From the NCBI RefSeq assembly GCF_000020025.1, contig NC_010628.1:8070001-8102000 (forward strand): DNA of 32,000 nt, written 5' to 3'. The position numbers and the translations under genes are program-made. This document shows positions 1 through 8,512 of this stretch, piece after piece. The notes beneath the pieces are model-generated. The model worked only from the letters and a program-made list of their open reading frames with translations, made no database searches and was not told the origin of the DNA. Position 1 is the first letter of the stretch. Every line of letters begins with the position of its first letter. Source of the DNA: Nostoc punctiforme PCC 73102 (lineage in GTDB: Bacteria > Cyanobacteriota > Cyanobacteriia > Cyanobacteriales > Nostocaceae).

Positions 1-1358
1 TATCGCTGCATCCACCAACTGGGATGAAATGGAGGGAATTTCACCCGGCGAATCACTGCATCTATTCCCATAACCCCAATGGGAAATAATAGCCCAATTA
101 GCAAGTTGAGCCAACCCCAGGCAAGTCCGCCCACCACTAACACCACAACTTCTAACAGCAGAATCGCCAAAGATATGCGAGGGAACAAAACTTCCGAGCG
201 ATCGCGCCGCAGCCAAAGCCCCAAATGCAATAACATAAAGGAGACAAACCAGCCAACATTACCAACGGCTACGATTCGCGCGACATCTCCCCAAATCAAA
301 TAAATTAGGCACAACACCAGTGTTAATGTCAGTGCCGGCACAAACACACCCCGACGTGAAACAACGGAAAATACAGGTGAGATGTGTTTGTCTAAAGCCA
401 ACTGATACAAAATCCGAGGACAATTAGAAACAACCGTTGCCGAACCTAAAAGACAAGCAGCTACTAGCAAAAAGGAAACACTTATAGCTGCTGATTTTCC
501 CCAGAAAGGTTGGGAAGCCGCCACAAGATTCATAAAAGCATTGTCTTTGAGGCTGGGATCGGTTGCTAACCGCATCATTACCCAAGATCCCCCCAAAAAG
601 ATAGGTGGCATCATCCAAGCCGCAACATCTAGAAAACGTAGCGTCTGAGTGGGTTGGCGGCTATCGGCGACAAAAGAAGAAGCCGTTTCACAACTGTAGG
701 TGGCATAAGTGACGAAAAAGAACCACTTTGCCCAATCGACAAAACCCAGAGATGACCAATTGCTAGGAAAAAACCCTGGACTATCACCAGAGAAAGCTAA
801 CCAGCCAAGACCCTGTACACAGAAGGTAATTAGCAATCCAAAGGCTGGAATTACAAAAAATAAATGTAAAATACTGAGGGCGCGAGTTCCACTAAACGCG
901 ACTATAAACGGCAACAGTGTAAAGCCAATATCTAAAAGTATTTCTGGACAGGCAATACCCAGCGCCTCCAAATTCACCTTAATTAAATCTTTGAGGACGA
1001 TAGTATTAACTGACAGGTAAGAAACCCAGTTGAGCAAGTATCCAATTGCTGCATAGCAAGCTATTCCTGGATAGTTTTGCAGCAACTTAGTAGCATAGTT
1101 AGGCGTTCCTCCAGCCACATTTATAAAATGCATACCCAAGCGTTTTACCTGGTAGTTGAGCAGCATTCCGAAAATCACCGCAGGTATCCAGACAAAAATA
1201 GCTTGGGGACCGAGAGCAGCATGAATTGCTGGAACCAATGCTGTCCAGGAAATATGAGCTGTTAAACCGAAACCCCAACTTTCAACAGCACTTAAGCTTC
1301 TAGTCAAGCCAGGGTAAGAAGATTGGCCCAAAGTGGGATGAGCAGGATGGGACATCAT
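1..1358 (-). CDS. APC-superfamily amino acid/polyamine permease-like membrane transporter; N-terminal ~452 codons, with the C-terminus running off the left window edge
   Basis: Hand translation of the minus strand from ATG ATG (1358/1355) stays open to nt 1: MMSHPAHPTLGQSSYPGLTRSLSAVESWGFGLTAHISWTALVPAIHAALGPQAIFVWIPAVIFGMLLNYQVKRLGMHFINVAGGTPNYATKLL... It has many long hydrophobic segments. The N-terminal pattern (GP..ai..W....l..l.y.eLg...p.aGG.y.Y) is typical of APC permeases. It is missing from the ORF track only because it is truncated. The + strand track ORFs here (79-303, 709-1020, 1077-1265) are low-complexity antisense artefacts. Confidence 0.6.
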   Translation of the reverse strand, partial: MMSHPAHPTLGQSSYPGLTRSLSAVESWGFGLTAHISWTALVPAIHAALGPQAIFVWIPAVIFGMLLNYQVKRLGMHFINVAGGTPNYATKLLQNYPGIACYAAIGYLLNWVSYLSVNTIVLKDLIKVNLEALGIACPEILLDIGFTLLPFIVAFSGTRALSILHLFFVIPAFGLLITFCVQGLGWLAFSGDSPGFFPSNWSSLGFVDWAKWFFFVTYATYSCETASSFVADSRQPTQTLRFLDVAAWMMPPIFLGGSWVMMRLATDPSLKDNAFMNLVAASQPFWGKSAAISVSFLLVAACLLGSATVVSNCPRILYQLALDKHISPVFSVVSRRGVFVPALTLTLVLCLIYLIWGDVARIVAVGNVGWFVSFMLLHLGLWLRRDRSEVLFPRISLAILLLEVVVLVVGGLAWGWLNLLIGLLFPIGVMGIDAVIRRVKFPPFHPSWWMQR

Positions 1359-1524
1359 TGGCAGTGCTGGGTGGGATACTGTAATTAAACTTATTAGCTA
1401 GAGTTCCCATCTTCTAAATGTTCTGAACAGAGACTTTTTGCTCGAAATCATAACATATTCACAACACCAGCATTTCTTTACACCATAATTTGGTCTTCCA
1501 GGTGTAGCTGATAGTAGCCTGTCT

Positions 1525-3093
1525 TTACTCCCACTCCATGCTTTCAGGAAGCTTCTTATTGAGAAAACGATCCATGCACCGCTCCGCTAAAGCCGCGATG
1601 GTTAGCGATGGGTTAGTGCAGGCAGTCGAACCAGGAATCAAAGAACCATCTACAACAAACAAATTAGAATAGCCGTGGACTTTGCCGTAAGTATTGCATA
1701 CAGCACCCATAGTTGCACCACCAAGAGGATGCGCTGTCGCACTAAAGTCAAGGGGTGCGCCAAAAGTTGTACCATTTGCTTGATTTAGCCGTTGGTAAGT
1801 ATACTGATTAGCCTGGGTAATTTTCTGATTATTGGCTGAGTCTTTTGGCCAAAACAGATTAGCTGATTGCGTAGAAGTATTGTAGGTCAGATAGCCCTCT
1901 GGCTTGGCGATCGCTAGACTCAGAGGAGCTAAAACACCTTGTGGAACTATCGGAAAAGGAAGTTGCTCAATGACTAATGGAGCGATGGGATTGTCGAAGT
2001 CTTCAATTACTACCGATGCTGGCCCGCCTAATGTGGCATTCGTTTGATTAGAAGTAACGATCGCACTTATCCCATCACCGTTAGTTCCCCACAATTTTCC
2101 GACTTGATTGTTCAGGCGACCCAATGTGCCATTGTGCTTGGCACGTAAAAGCAATTCGGTGGTGCCAATGGAACCGGCTGCTAAAAACAGATAGCGACAG
2201 ATAAAGGATTTTTTAGCCAGCACAACTCCCCGCTCATCGATTTGATTGCAGGTAACTCGGTAACGCCCAGCATGGTATTCTTCGATCGTGTTGACTACGT
2301 GTAGGGGTCGGATTTCCACCTTTTTAGTAGCTTCTGCCCTGCTCAGATAATTTCGATCTAAGCTATTTTTGGCACCACTATTAAGACCATAGTAAGCTTG
2401 ACCTGCGATCGCAGAAGGAACCTTCTTACCCGCAATTTCTTGGCGAACGATATCCCAATCAACAGCTACATCAAGTTTGCGGGCTTTTAAACCAGCTTTG
2501 GCTGCTTGCTCTAATAAAATACGGCTTGCTAAATAGTAGTCAGTTTTTAGAATATCATCCGGTATGGGAGATGGTTTGAGGACGGAACGCACCCTTGGAT
2601 AGTAAACTTTATCCAGTTCCTCATATTTGATACTGCGTGGAAAGACTTGATAAAAAAGTTCTTTAGTTGGCTGATAACTGACAGCATTGTAGACTAGCGA
2701 ACCGCCTCCTACCCCTGCTCCACGATAAGCAATAATCCCATCGCCTACCTTAACATCCAGGACACCAGTATAAATATCAATTGGAACTTGGTTGAATATA
2801 ACTGTAGTCGGACTTAACCAAGTAGACCGACCATCTGGGTTTTGATATGTGGAGAAAGTATTACCTGCGGCGGTGATTGGCCATCGTCGTCCCCGTTCCA
2901 ATACTATGGTTTTAATTCCAGCTTCACCAAGGCGCAATGCTGCAACTGCTCCACCAAAACCGCTACCAATCACCAGCGCTTCTACACATTCTTCACCACG
3001 ATAGGTTGCAGAAGCAATCTTAGACACGCCTATGCTTGCAGTTGCTGCCAGTGTTGCCCGAATAAATTGACGACGTTTAATTACGCCTGACAT
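1525..3093 (-). CDS. GMC-family FAD oxidoreductase (cholesterol-oxidase-like) with twin-arginine (Tat) signal peptide
   Basis: The track ORF is 1525-3138. I prefer the ATG at 3093 (M16) because AGGAAA lies ~7 nt upstream. The N-terminus MSGVIKRRQFIRATLAATASIGVSKIASA is a Tat motif (RRxFI). An FAD-binding Rossmann motif ALVIGSGFGGAVAALRLGEAG follows. The C-terminal GMC-type motif is AHPLGGATMG...FVVDGSLIPGS. Confidence 0.9.
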   Translation of the reverse strand: MSGVIKRRQFIRATLAATASIGVSKIASATYRGEECVEALVIGSGFGGAVAALRLGEAGIKTIVLERGRRWPITAAGNTFSTYQNPDGRSTWLSPTTVIFNQVPIDIYTGVLDVKVGDGIIAYRGAGVGGGSLVYNAVSYQPTKELFYQVFPRSIKYEELDKVYYPRVRSVLKPSPIPDDILKTDYYLASRILLEQAAKAGLKARKLDVAVDWDIVRQEIAGKKVPSAIAGQAYYGLNSGAKNSLDRNYLSRAEATKKVEIRPLHVVNTIEEYHAGRYRVTCNQIDERGVVLAKKSFICRYLFLAAGSIGTTELLLRAKHNGTLGRLNNQVGKLWGTNGDGISAIVTSNQTNATLGGPASVVIEDFDNPIAPLVIEQLPFPIVPQGVLAPLSLAIAKPEGYLTYNTSTQSANLFWPKDSANNQKITQANQYTYQRLNQANGTTFGAPLDFSATAHPLGGATMGAVCNTYGKVHGYSNLFVVDGSLIPGSTACTNPSLTIAALAERCMDRFLNKKLPESMEWE

Positions 3094-3312
3094 ACTTGAT
3101 TTCCTGTACGAGTTGATTATGCACCGACACGTTGACATACCAGTTGAAATAACTAGCTGTAATTGATGTCTTTAAGGAATTACAGAAGTAACTTAAAAAT
3201 CTCGACCACCTGGTTATGGCAACTTCTGTTACATTCGTTGCACAATCCCAAAAATATCAGTATCAAAAATAGTTGATCTGCCAAATTGCCAAAAACTTGT
3301 TCTTGTGTATTT

Positions 3313-3490
3313 TAGGACTAGCCCTTTCAAGGTGACTCATAAAATCTCTTATTTTTCCTCAGCGATCTCTGTGCCTCTGCGGTTTAAAAGTATTTTTTCT
3401 AACCACAGAGGCGCAGAGAACACAGAGTATAGAGCTTAAAGAGGAATCTATTTACCAAAATTTTTACGCACCTTGAAAGGGGTAGTCTTA
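3313..3490. mobile_element. Non-autonomous MITE-like element, copy 1 (178 bp) with terminal inverted repeats and an internal hairpin
   Basis: The left end is TAGGACTAGCCCTTTCAAGGTG. The reverse complement of the right end is TAAGACTACCCCTTTCAAGGTG (20/22 match; the core CCCTTTCAAGGTG/CACCTTGAAAGGG is perfect, at 3322-3334 and 3469-3481). The internal imperfect hairpin is TCTCTGTGCCTCTGCGGTT ... AACCACAGAGGCGCAGAGA. There is no coding capacity. A related copy in opposite orientation lies at 19797-20012. Confidence 0.6.
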
Positions 3491-3623
3491 TATTTAGAAA
3501 CTTTCAAATAAAAAAGTATCTAACTACTGATTGTGGGGTAAGCGTCTCACCCGCCTGTAACACTTCACGCTATTCTTGATTAAACGTCAGCGAACAAGTT
3601 TATTGCAGCGAACTTTAAAAAGC

Positions 3624-4259
3624 ATGGGTGGCAAATTAATTGTATTTGAAGGGGTGGAAGGCTGCGGCAAAACCAGCCAAATGCAGCTTTGTTCTCAGTG
3701 GTTGGAAAGTTTGGGTGTTTCTGTGGTAGTCACTCGTGAACCAGGGGGAACAGAGTTAGGCTTACATCTTCGCCGCTTACTACTAGAGAAGGCAGAGGAT
3801 AAACCAGTTGCAGAAGTGACAGAACTTTTATTGTATGCTGCTGACCGATCGCAACACGTGGAACAAGAACTTAAACCAAATCTCGCAGCAGGGAAATATA
3901 TTTTATGCGATCGCTACACTGACTCTACCATTGCCTACCAAGGATATGGTCGCGGTTTGAATATGAGTTTAATCAATCAGCTTAACTATATTGCCACTGC
4001 CGGCTTAGAAAGTGACTTAACTATTTGGCTAGATATCGATGTCGAAGTTGGACTAACCCGCAAACGGGGAGATGGAATCGCATTAGACCGCATTGAACAA
4101 GAAACAATCGCTTTTCATCGGCGCGTTCAGCAAGGATACGCAGAGTTAGCAGCATCTTATCCTTCAAGAATTGTGCGGGTAGATGGCAGCTTGAGTAAAG
4201 AAGCTGTGCAACAAGTAATTCAAGAAATTCTGCGCGTACATTTGAAGGGATTGCCATAG
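3624..4259 (+). CDS. tmk: Thymidylate kinase (dTMP kinase)
   Basis: The track ORF is 3576-4259. The likely start is the ATG at 3624 (MGGKLIVFEGVEGCGKTSQ...). It has the P-loop GVEGCGKT, TREPGGT, the DRY motif (CDRYTDSTIAYQG) and a lid region RKRGD. Length is ~211 aa, typical for Tmk. Confidence 0.95.
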   Translation: MGGKLIVFEGVEGCGKTSQMQLCSQWLESLGVSVVVTREPGGTELGLHLRRLLLEKAEDKPVAEVTELLLYAADRSQHVEQELKPNLAAGKYILCDRYTDSTIAYQGYGRGLNMSLINQLNYIATAGLESDLTIWLDIDVEVGLTRKRGDGIALDRIEQETIAFHRRVQQGYAELAASYPSRIVRVDGSLSKEAVQQVIQEILRVHLKGLP

Positions 4260-4325
4260 ATATCGTCTCAAATTTTGAAGGCAAAATTTTTTGAACTGTT
4301 TACTTAGCGACTTGCAAAAAACAAA

Positions 4326-4360
4326 AGCGGTCGCTCCCTTTAGCTTAAAGAGCGATCGCT
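4326..4360. terminator. Candidate bidirectional intrinsic terminator between convergent tmk and the 218-aa gene
   Basis: The hairpin is AGCGGTCGCTC-(13 nt)-GAGCGATCGCT, an 11-bp stem with one G:U-type position. It is preceded by an A-run (AAAAAACAAAA) and followed by AATTTTTAAA, so a U-tract is available on both strands. Confidence 0.5.
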
Positions 4361-4384
4361 AATTTTTAAATTACCAAATAAAGA

Positions 4385-5041
4385 TTAAGCAGCAACAGGT
4401 TCTAACAATTTGATGTCAGAGAAAATAAATTCCTGAATAGATATTTGTCCTGCTGTTTCGGTACGAATCTCCCGACGATTTAGGATAAAATAATCGCCAA
4501 CTTTTTCATATTCATCGACAAATTCGCTTCTACCGCCCTTTTGTTCCCCAGTTTTGGGGTCATGGTAAACAGAGTCATAGCGGTGGGACAAGTAGCCTTC
4601 TCCGGTGTCGTGGCTGCTGAAAGTGTCAATTGTCACGTAAGTACCGTGGATTAGACGGTGAACATGACACACTTCATTATTGCGGACTTTATATTTATCG
4701 CCCTCAGCCTTACCACCCATTAAAAGCTCAACCGCACCAGTTTCATCAGTTTTGCCATAGCTAAAGGTATTGGCGCTGTGGGTGTCTTCAAAGCTGCGGC
4801 GGACGCGGTGAATTGCTATCTCCCATGCTTGACCATGAATTGCTTTCTGGGCTGGCTCGTCATCTACATCCAAAACTTCGGCTTTCAGATTGGCAGTGAT
4901 GATAACCTTGCCTGTAAAAACTTTATCATCTTGCTTATAGGTAATATTTGCGGTATAACCGGGAAAATTCTTGTCCCAAGTATAGCGGTTCTCATAAGCA
5001 GCCCGGAAAAGTTCCTGAGCAGAGAGTTGTGTAACTGTCAT
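4385..5041 (-). CDS. Conserved hypothetical protein, 218 aa (possibly the cyanobacteria/plant DUF3386 family; family assignment from memory only)
   Basis: It is a clean 218-aa ORF with a globular, non-repetitive composition (MTVTQLSAQELFRAAYENRYTWDKNFPGYTANITYK...). The ATG sits directly after GGAGAAGCAC on the coding strand (GGAG Shine-Dalgarno, spacing ~6). A terminator hairpin lies downstream. The overlapping + ORF 4778-5071 is antisense. Confidence 0.8.
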   Translation of the reverse strand: MTVTQLSAQELFRAAYENRYTWDKNFPGYTANITYKQDDKVFTGKVIITANLKAEVLDVDDEPAQKAIHGQAWEIAIHRVRRSFEDTHSANTFSYGKTDETGAVELLMGGKAEGDKYKVRNNEVCHVHRLIHGTYVTIDTFSSHDTGEGYLSHRYDSVYHDPKTGEQKGGRSEFVDEYEKVGDYFILNRREIRTETAGQISIQEFIFSDIKLLEPVAA

Positions 5042-5115
5042 GTGCTTCTCCTAGTCGCTACTGTAAATTAGCGTTTTAGTTTCCTTGGTATTAGCATAGA
5101 AGTAATTGTTGAGGC

Positions 5116-5823
5116 TTGGATAGTCCCCAACTGGGTACACTTATGCTTATGGTTAATTCTCTCCACGCCATATTTCATGCGATCGCTAATGTCCAAAATG
5201 AGCAAGAATTAAGGCTAGCTCTCACGGATAAAATTGGTGAGCATTTTGGTGTGCAAAATTGGGGTATTTATCTCCTAGACGATCGGCCAACGACCCAAAT
5301 CGATGTTCAGGGTATTCCGGCAGTATGCTTAGAAAGCAATCCAGTCGGGCGCTACGTGGTTGAGCGTCACGCTCCCGCCCATGAGCAGTTATTATTATCA
5401 CCAGGAGACTGGAAGCATTTTTGCTCGCGTTCCGATCACGAACACGTAATGACTGGGCCTATTGTTTGCGATGGCCGTCTTGTAGGAACGCTTAACTTGG
5501 CTCGTGATAAGGGGAATCCTGCTTTTAATGGCAACGATTTAGCCGATCTGAGTGCATTATGCATCCATTTATCAGCAAAAATGGCGACTCTACGGACGAC
5601 AAAACCACAAATATCCAATTCCCTTTTAGTAAATCCTCTAACAGCGCGTGAGTTAGAAATTGCCGAATTAGTGGCGCAGGGGTTAACAAACTCAGAAATT
5701 GGGGAAAAACTTTGGATTACGCAAAATTCTGTCAAACAAGCTTTGAAGAGGATGTTTCGTAAGCTGAAGGTTTCGGCGCGTGCAGAAATGGTGGCAAAGC
5801 TGCAAGATATAAAAGTTTCTTAA
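5116..5823 (+). CDS. LuxR-family transcriptional regulator with an N-terminal GAF-like sensor domain
   Basis: The C-terminus LTARELEIAELVAQGLTNSEIGEKLWITQNSVKQALKRMFRKLKVSARAEMVAKL is a canonical LuxR/FixJ-type HTH (GerE). The preceding ~150 aa (..WGIYLLD...GPIVCDGRLVGTLNLARD..) resemble a GAF fold. The start is uncertain: TTG at 5116, or ATG at 5143 or 5149. Confidence 0.85.
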   Translation: MDSPQLGTLMLMVNSLHAIFHAIANVQNEQELRLALTDKIGEHFGVQNWGIYLLDDRPTTQIDVQGIPAVCLESNPVGRYVVERHAPAHEQLLLSPGDWKHFCSRSDHEHVMTGPIVCDGRLVGTLNLARDKGNPAFNGNDLADLSALCIHLSAKMATLRTTKPQISNSLLVNPLTARELEIAELVAQGLTNSEIGEKLWITQNSVKQALKRMFRKLKVSARAEMVAKLQDIKVS

Positions 5824-5862
5824 AGGAGATCGGAGGCAGTTTCCTCTCCTCCTTGCTCTTTA

Positions 5863-5901
5863 CCCCATATATTGCAAAATGTAATTTTGCAATATATGGG
5901 G
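5863..5901 (+). terminator. Perfect 18-bp-stem hairpin/palindrome 40 nt downstream of the LuxR-type gene (terminator or operator)
   Basis: The sequence is CCCCATATATTGCAAAAT-gta-ATTTTGCAATATATGGGG (5863-5880 / 5884-5901), a perfect inverted repeat with a 3-nt loop. No clear U-tract follows (TCTCAACTATTT), so terminator function is not assured. Confidence 0.45.
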
Positions 5902-6177
5902 TCTCAACTATTTAGTTAACACTTACAGCAGTTTTTAAATTAATAGACTATACCACACCTTGCTACTTGCCCTAGATGTATGTAGCCTATAAGTTTAAAA
6001 TTTGTTGCAAATTTAAATTATTTTTGTTGCAATCAATTTTTTAACTATTTTCTTAACTGTCTTATCTGTCATTGCATTTTGTTGGCGATGACGGCAGAAT
6101 ACTACGTGACAGTAAAAAATAGTTGTCAAAAATGCAATTATCTCAATAGACTTGATTCTTTTTAAAGGGGAAAATTA

Positions 6178-6555
6178 GTGAGTTCGTTAGAGCAAAAACA
6201 TATCGATATCTTAACACAAGGTAAAGACATCAAACTGTCTGGTAATCCCATTCAAACTGAAAATTTTTCTATTCAAAACACTCTACGAGATGGGGGGAAA
6301 ATCCGCTTCAAAATTCGTTATTCTGCCGAACTACAGGGTTTTTGCCTACTGGAAGTTTTTCTGATCGGAGCGCAAAACAGAACACAAACTGCTAGCATGA
6401 CTATTCCCAACGGTGGCTCGACAGCTACTGTTCAAGAACAAGAACAAGAATTTGGTATTTGGGAGCCAGGAGATTATTACTTCTTTTTCAAAATGTCTTC
6501 CAATAATGGAACATTTTTTATTGAGGATTATCAACTTTATTGGTCAGCTAGTTAA
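6178..6555 (+). CDS. Hypothetical 125-aa protein, predicted beta-rich (jelly-roll/CBM-like guess), no signal peptide
   Basis: It has a GTG start preceded by AAAGGGGAAAATTA (purine-rich SD). The composition shows alternating beta-strand-like patterns (KIRFKIRYSAELQGFCLLEVFLIG ... GDYYFFFKMSSNNGTFFIEDYQLYW). I recognise no family. Confidence 0.55.
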   Translation: MSSLEQKHIDILTQGKDIKLSGNPIQTENFSIQNTLRDGGKIRFKIRYSAELQGFCLLEVFLIGAQNRTQTASMTIPNGGSTATVQEQEQEFGIWEPGDYYFFFKMSSNNGTFFIEDYQLYWSAS

Positions 6556-6651
6556 TTAGTTTAAAATCTTTTCCAGCCGCCATCATTTAAAAATGTAGAT
6601 AGTTCTTGGTGTTACTAATTCAAGAGCCAAAAAGTTCACGCTCAAGATAAA

Positions 6652-6678
6652 TCTGAGCAAAGAAAACCTCTGCTCAGA
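6652..6678. terminator. Small hairpin between convergent genes (weak terminator candidate)
   Basis: TCTGAGCA-(11 nt)-TGCTCAGA, an 8-bp perfect stem followed by ATTTC. It lies between the stops at 6555 (+) and 6726 (-). Confidence 0.3.
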
Positions 6679-6725
6679 ATTTCGGTAAGCATCGAAGTGT
6701 AAGAGAAAATGTACCTGTAGTTTTT

Positions 6726-8186
6726 TCAAGCACGTTTTTGCAATGATTTATATTCAAATTCAGCAACACCTAGTTGTTTTTTAAAGTAAGCGCGGTAGAG
6801 TTGGCAACGGGGTAGGATGCGATCGCCTTCATAAGTGATTAATCCCAAGCTTTCGAGCTTATGAGCATCAATGGGATTCAAAGAAATGCTTTGCTTTGAG
6901 CTAACAACTTCAATATATGCCTTTACTAAACTGGAATTTTCTTGCAGGATTGCCCAGTGTCGCCATAAATGATAACGGTAGATACCGCCGTTAGCGATCG
7001 CCTCATATATTACTTCCTCTAAGGTGGTTCCTTGACAGCATATATAATACAGAGCAATCCGAATTAGCGCTGGATGTCCCCCCACCAGAGACATCAGTTG
7101 CATAACCTCGTTCTGAGAAGTCCAGTTCAGCCCATGCCGTTGGGCCAAATACTCTACTTGATGCTTAGTAAATTCTGGCAGACGGATCGGTAGTCCAATA
7201 TTAAATGGTGAACGGTTGATATCTAGAGAGACGTAAACTTCTGTAGAATAAACCACCACTAGCCTAAGCTTCTGCAAGTTAGCATCTTGTCGTGCTTCTT
7301 CATACCAAGAGCGTAACAAACCAAAGAACTCCTGAGCAATTTGAGGATATTCAAAAAAGTGGTCAACCTCATTTAACACTAAAACTACTGGACTTTTACT
7401 CTGCTTCAGTAAATAGGATTGTAAGTATAAACTGCAACTTAACTTACAGCCTATTTCCTCATCCCAGTTTTCATCTAGCTTAGGGTCTATGCCTAATTCT
7501 GTTGCAATTTGCCAGCAAAAAGAACGCAAAAACTTGTTTAAGTCTGTCAGACAGGTTGCATCCATTTGCTTGCAATTCAGGTTCACAGGGCGATAACCTT
7601 GCATCTGGGCAAAAGCCAATAGCCGCAACACAAGAGAAGTTTTTCCCATCTCTCTTGGCGCTCGAATTCGGATCACACAGCCTGGTTGAATTATTTCTCG
7701 ATAAACTAGTTCTTCAATGGGAGGACGTTCGACATAGAAGGGGGAATCAAGGGCTACTGGACCATCTGGGTATGACCAAAGATTTTCGAGTTGGTTATGG
7801 TGCTGGGTAACAAATGATTCTAAGGACAAATGCGGAGATAATTTCTTTTCCCCGGTATCTAAACTCAACAATTGAGTTGGATAAACTTCAGTATTATTCG
7901 GTTCACTCAAAATTGTGTAGTCTTCCCTGCGTAATTCTAGGTTAAAGGCGGTAAAGCACAACTTTAAGGTTTTTTGATCCACGCCTGTATTCAACGACCA
8001 TAATCGGTTCAGAGTTTTGGTTGAAACATTCATGCGATCGCCTAAATCTTCTAGAGTGAAGTGATTGCCATTGTTTTGAACCTTTTCCATAGCCAGAATC
8101 GCCGCTTGTAAGCGCTTCAATCCAGCGATTGTTAGGACAATTCCTCGCTTTCGCGTACTTTTAGAATGCTTCATATCGCTAATCAT
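6726..8186 (-). CDS. HTH-domain-fused P-loop ATPase of the 'AAA-like domain' (Pfam AAA_35-like, STAND-like) type, 486 aa
   Basis: The N-terminal ~90 aa (RGIVLTIAGLKRLQAAILAMEKVQNNGNHFTLEDLGDRMNVSTKTLNRLWSLNTGVDQKTLKLCFTAFNLELRREDY) match the HTH-like module that recurs at the N-terminus of cyanobacterial NTPase/WD40/TPR proteins. Walker A is APREMGKTS at nt 7635-7661. Walker B-like is PVVLVLNEVDHFF. The motifs PFYVERP..E and SPFNIG are typical of AAA_35-type proteins as I recall them. Confidence 0.85.
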   Translation of the reverse strand: MISDMKHSKSTRKRGIVLTIAGLKRLQAAILAMEKVQNNGNHFTLEDLGDRMNVSTKTLNRLWSLNTGVDQKTLKLCFTAFNLELRREDYTILSEPNNTEVYPTQLLSLDTGEKKLSPHLSLESFVTQHHNQLENLWSYPDGPVALDSPFYVERPPIEELVYREIIQPGCVIRIRAPREMGKTSLVLRLLAFAQMQGYRPVNLNCKQMDATCLTDLNKFLRSFCWQIATELGIDPKLDENWDEEIGCKLSCSLYLQSYLLKQSKSPVVLVLNEVDHFFEYPQIAQEFFGLLRSWYEEARQDANLQKLRLVVVYSTEVYVSLDINRSPFNIGLPIRLPEFTKHQVEYLAQRHGLNWTSQNEVMQLMSLVGGHPALIRIALYYICCQGTTLEEVIYEAIANGGIYRYHLWRHWAILQENSSLVKAYIEVVSSKQSISLNPIDAHKLESLGLITYEGDRILPRCQLYRAYFKKQLGVAEFEYKSLQKRA

Positions 8187-8266
8187 CTATACTGCTTTTT
8201 ATTAACTGTCTCTTCATTGTTCCATGTTTTTAAACAGTTATCATACAGTTATTTATATGTTGCTAA

Positions 8267-8285
8267 ATTACTAAATTTTAGTAAT
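8267..8285. promoter_or_regulatory. 19-bp perfect palindrome ~80 nt upstream of the HTH-ATPase start (candidate operator)
   Basis: ATTACTAAA-T-TTTAGTAAT, with 9-bp arms that are perfect reverse complements. Nearby is the direct repeat ACAGTTAT x2 (8233-8240 and 8245-8252). Function is inferred from position only. Confidence 0.3.
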
Positions 8286-8512
8286 AAACTATACATAGCT
8301 GATTGATAGCAGCTAGATTAGTAGGTATAAATAAACATAACTATATTGTATTGATTGTTATATTTACTACCCTATCCAAGGCTGTTGACGCTTCTGCATC
8401 AAATGGCTTTTACTGCTTACAAATAACAAGCCTGAATAGTTCTCTTTATTTATGCCAACTTCCGAGGATATTGCTTAAATATTTCTTATCTTGTATTAAT
8501 CTGAATACTGCA

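Noticed and set aside
79-1265. Three + strand track ORFs (79-303, 709-1020, 1077-1265).
   Set aside because: They are low-complexity (Pro/Thr/Ser/Asn/Lys-rich). They lie antisense to a continuous, hydrophobic, permease-like minus-strand frame that is open from 1358 to the window edge.
2842-5735. Track ORFs antisense to real genes (2842-3090, 4021-4284, 4778-5071, 5436-5735).
   Set aside because: Each is fully nested in, or overlaps, a longer ORF with clear family motifs on the other strand. Their composition is Cys- and Ser-rich and unprotein-like.
6346-7810. ORFs 6346-6534 (-), 7292-7483 (+) and 7502-7810 (+).
   Set aside because: They are nested antisense within the 125-aa ORF or the HTH-ATPase gene, with no motifs or SD.
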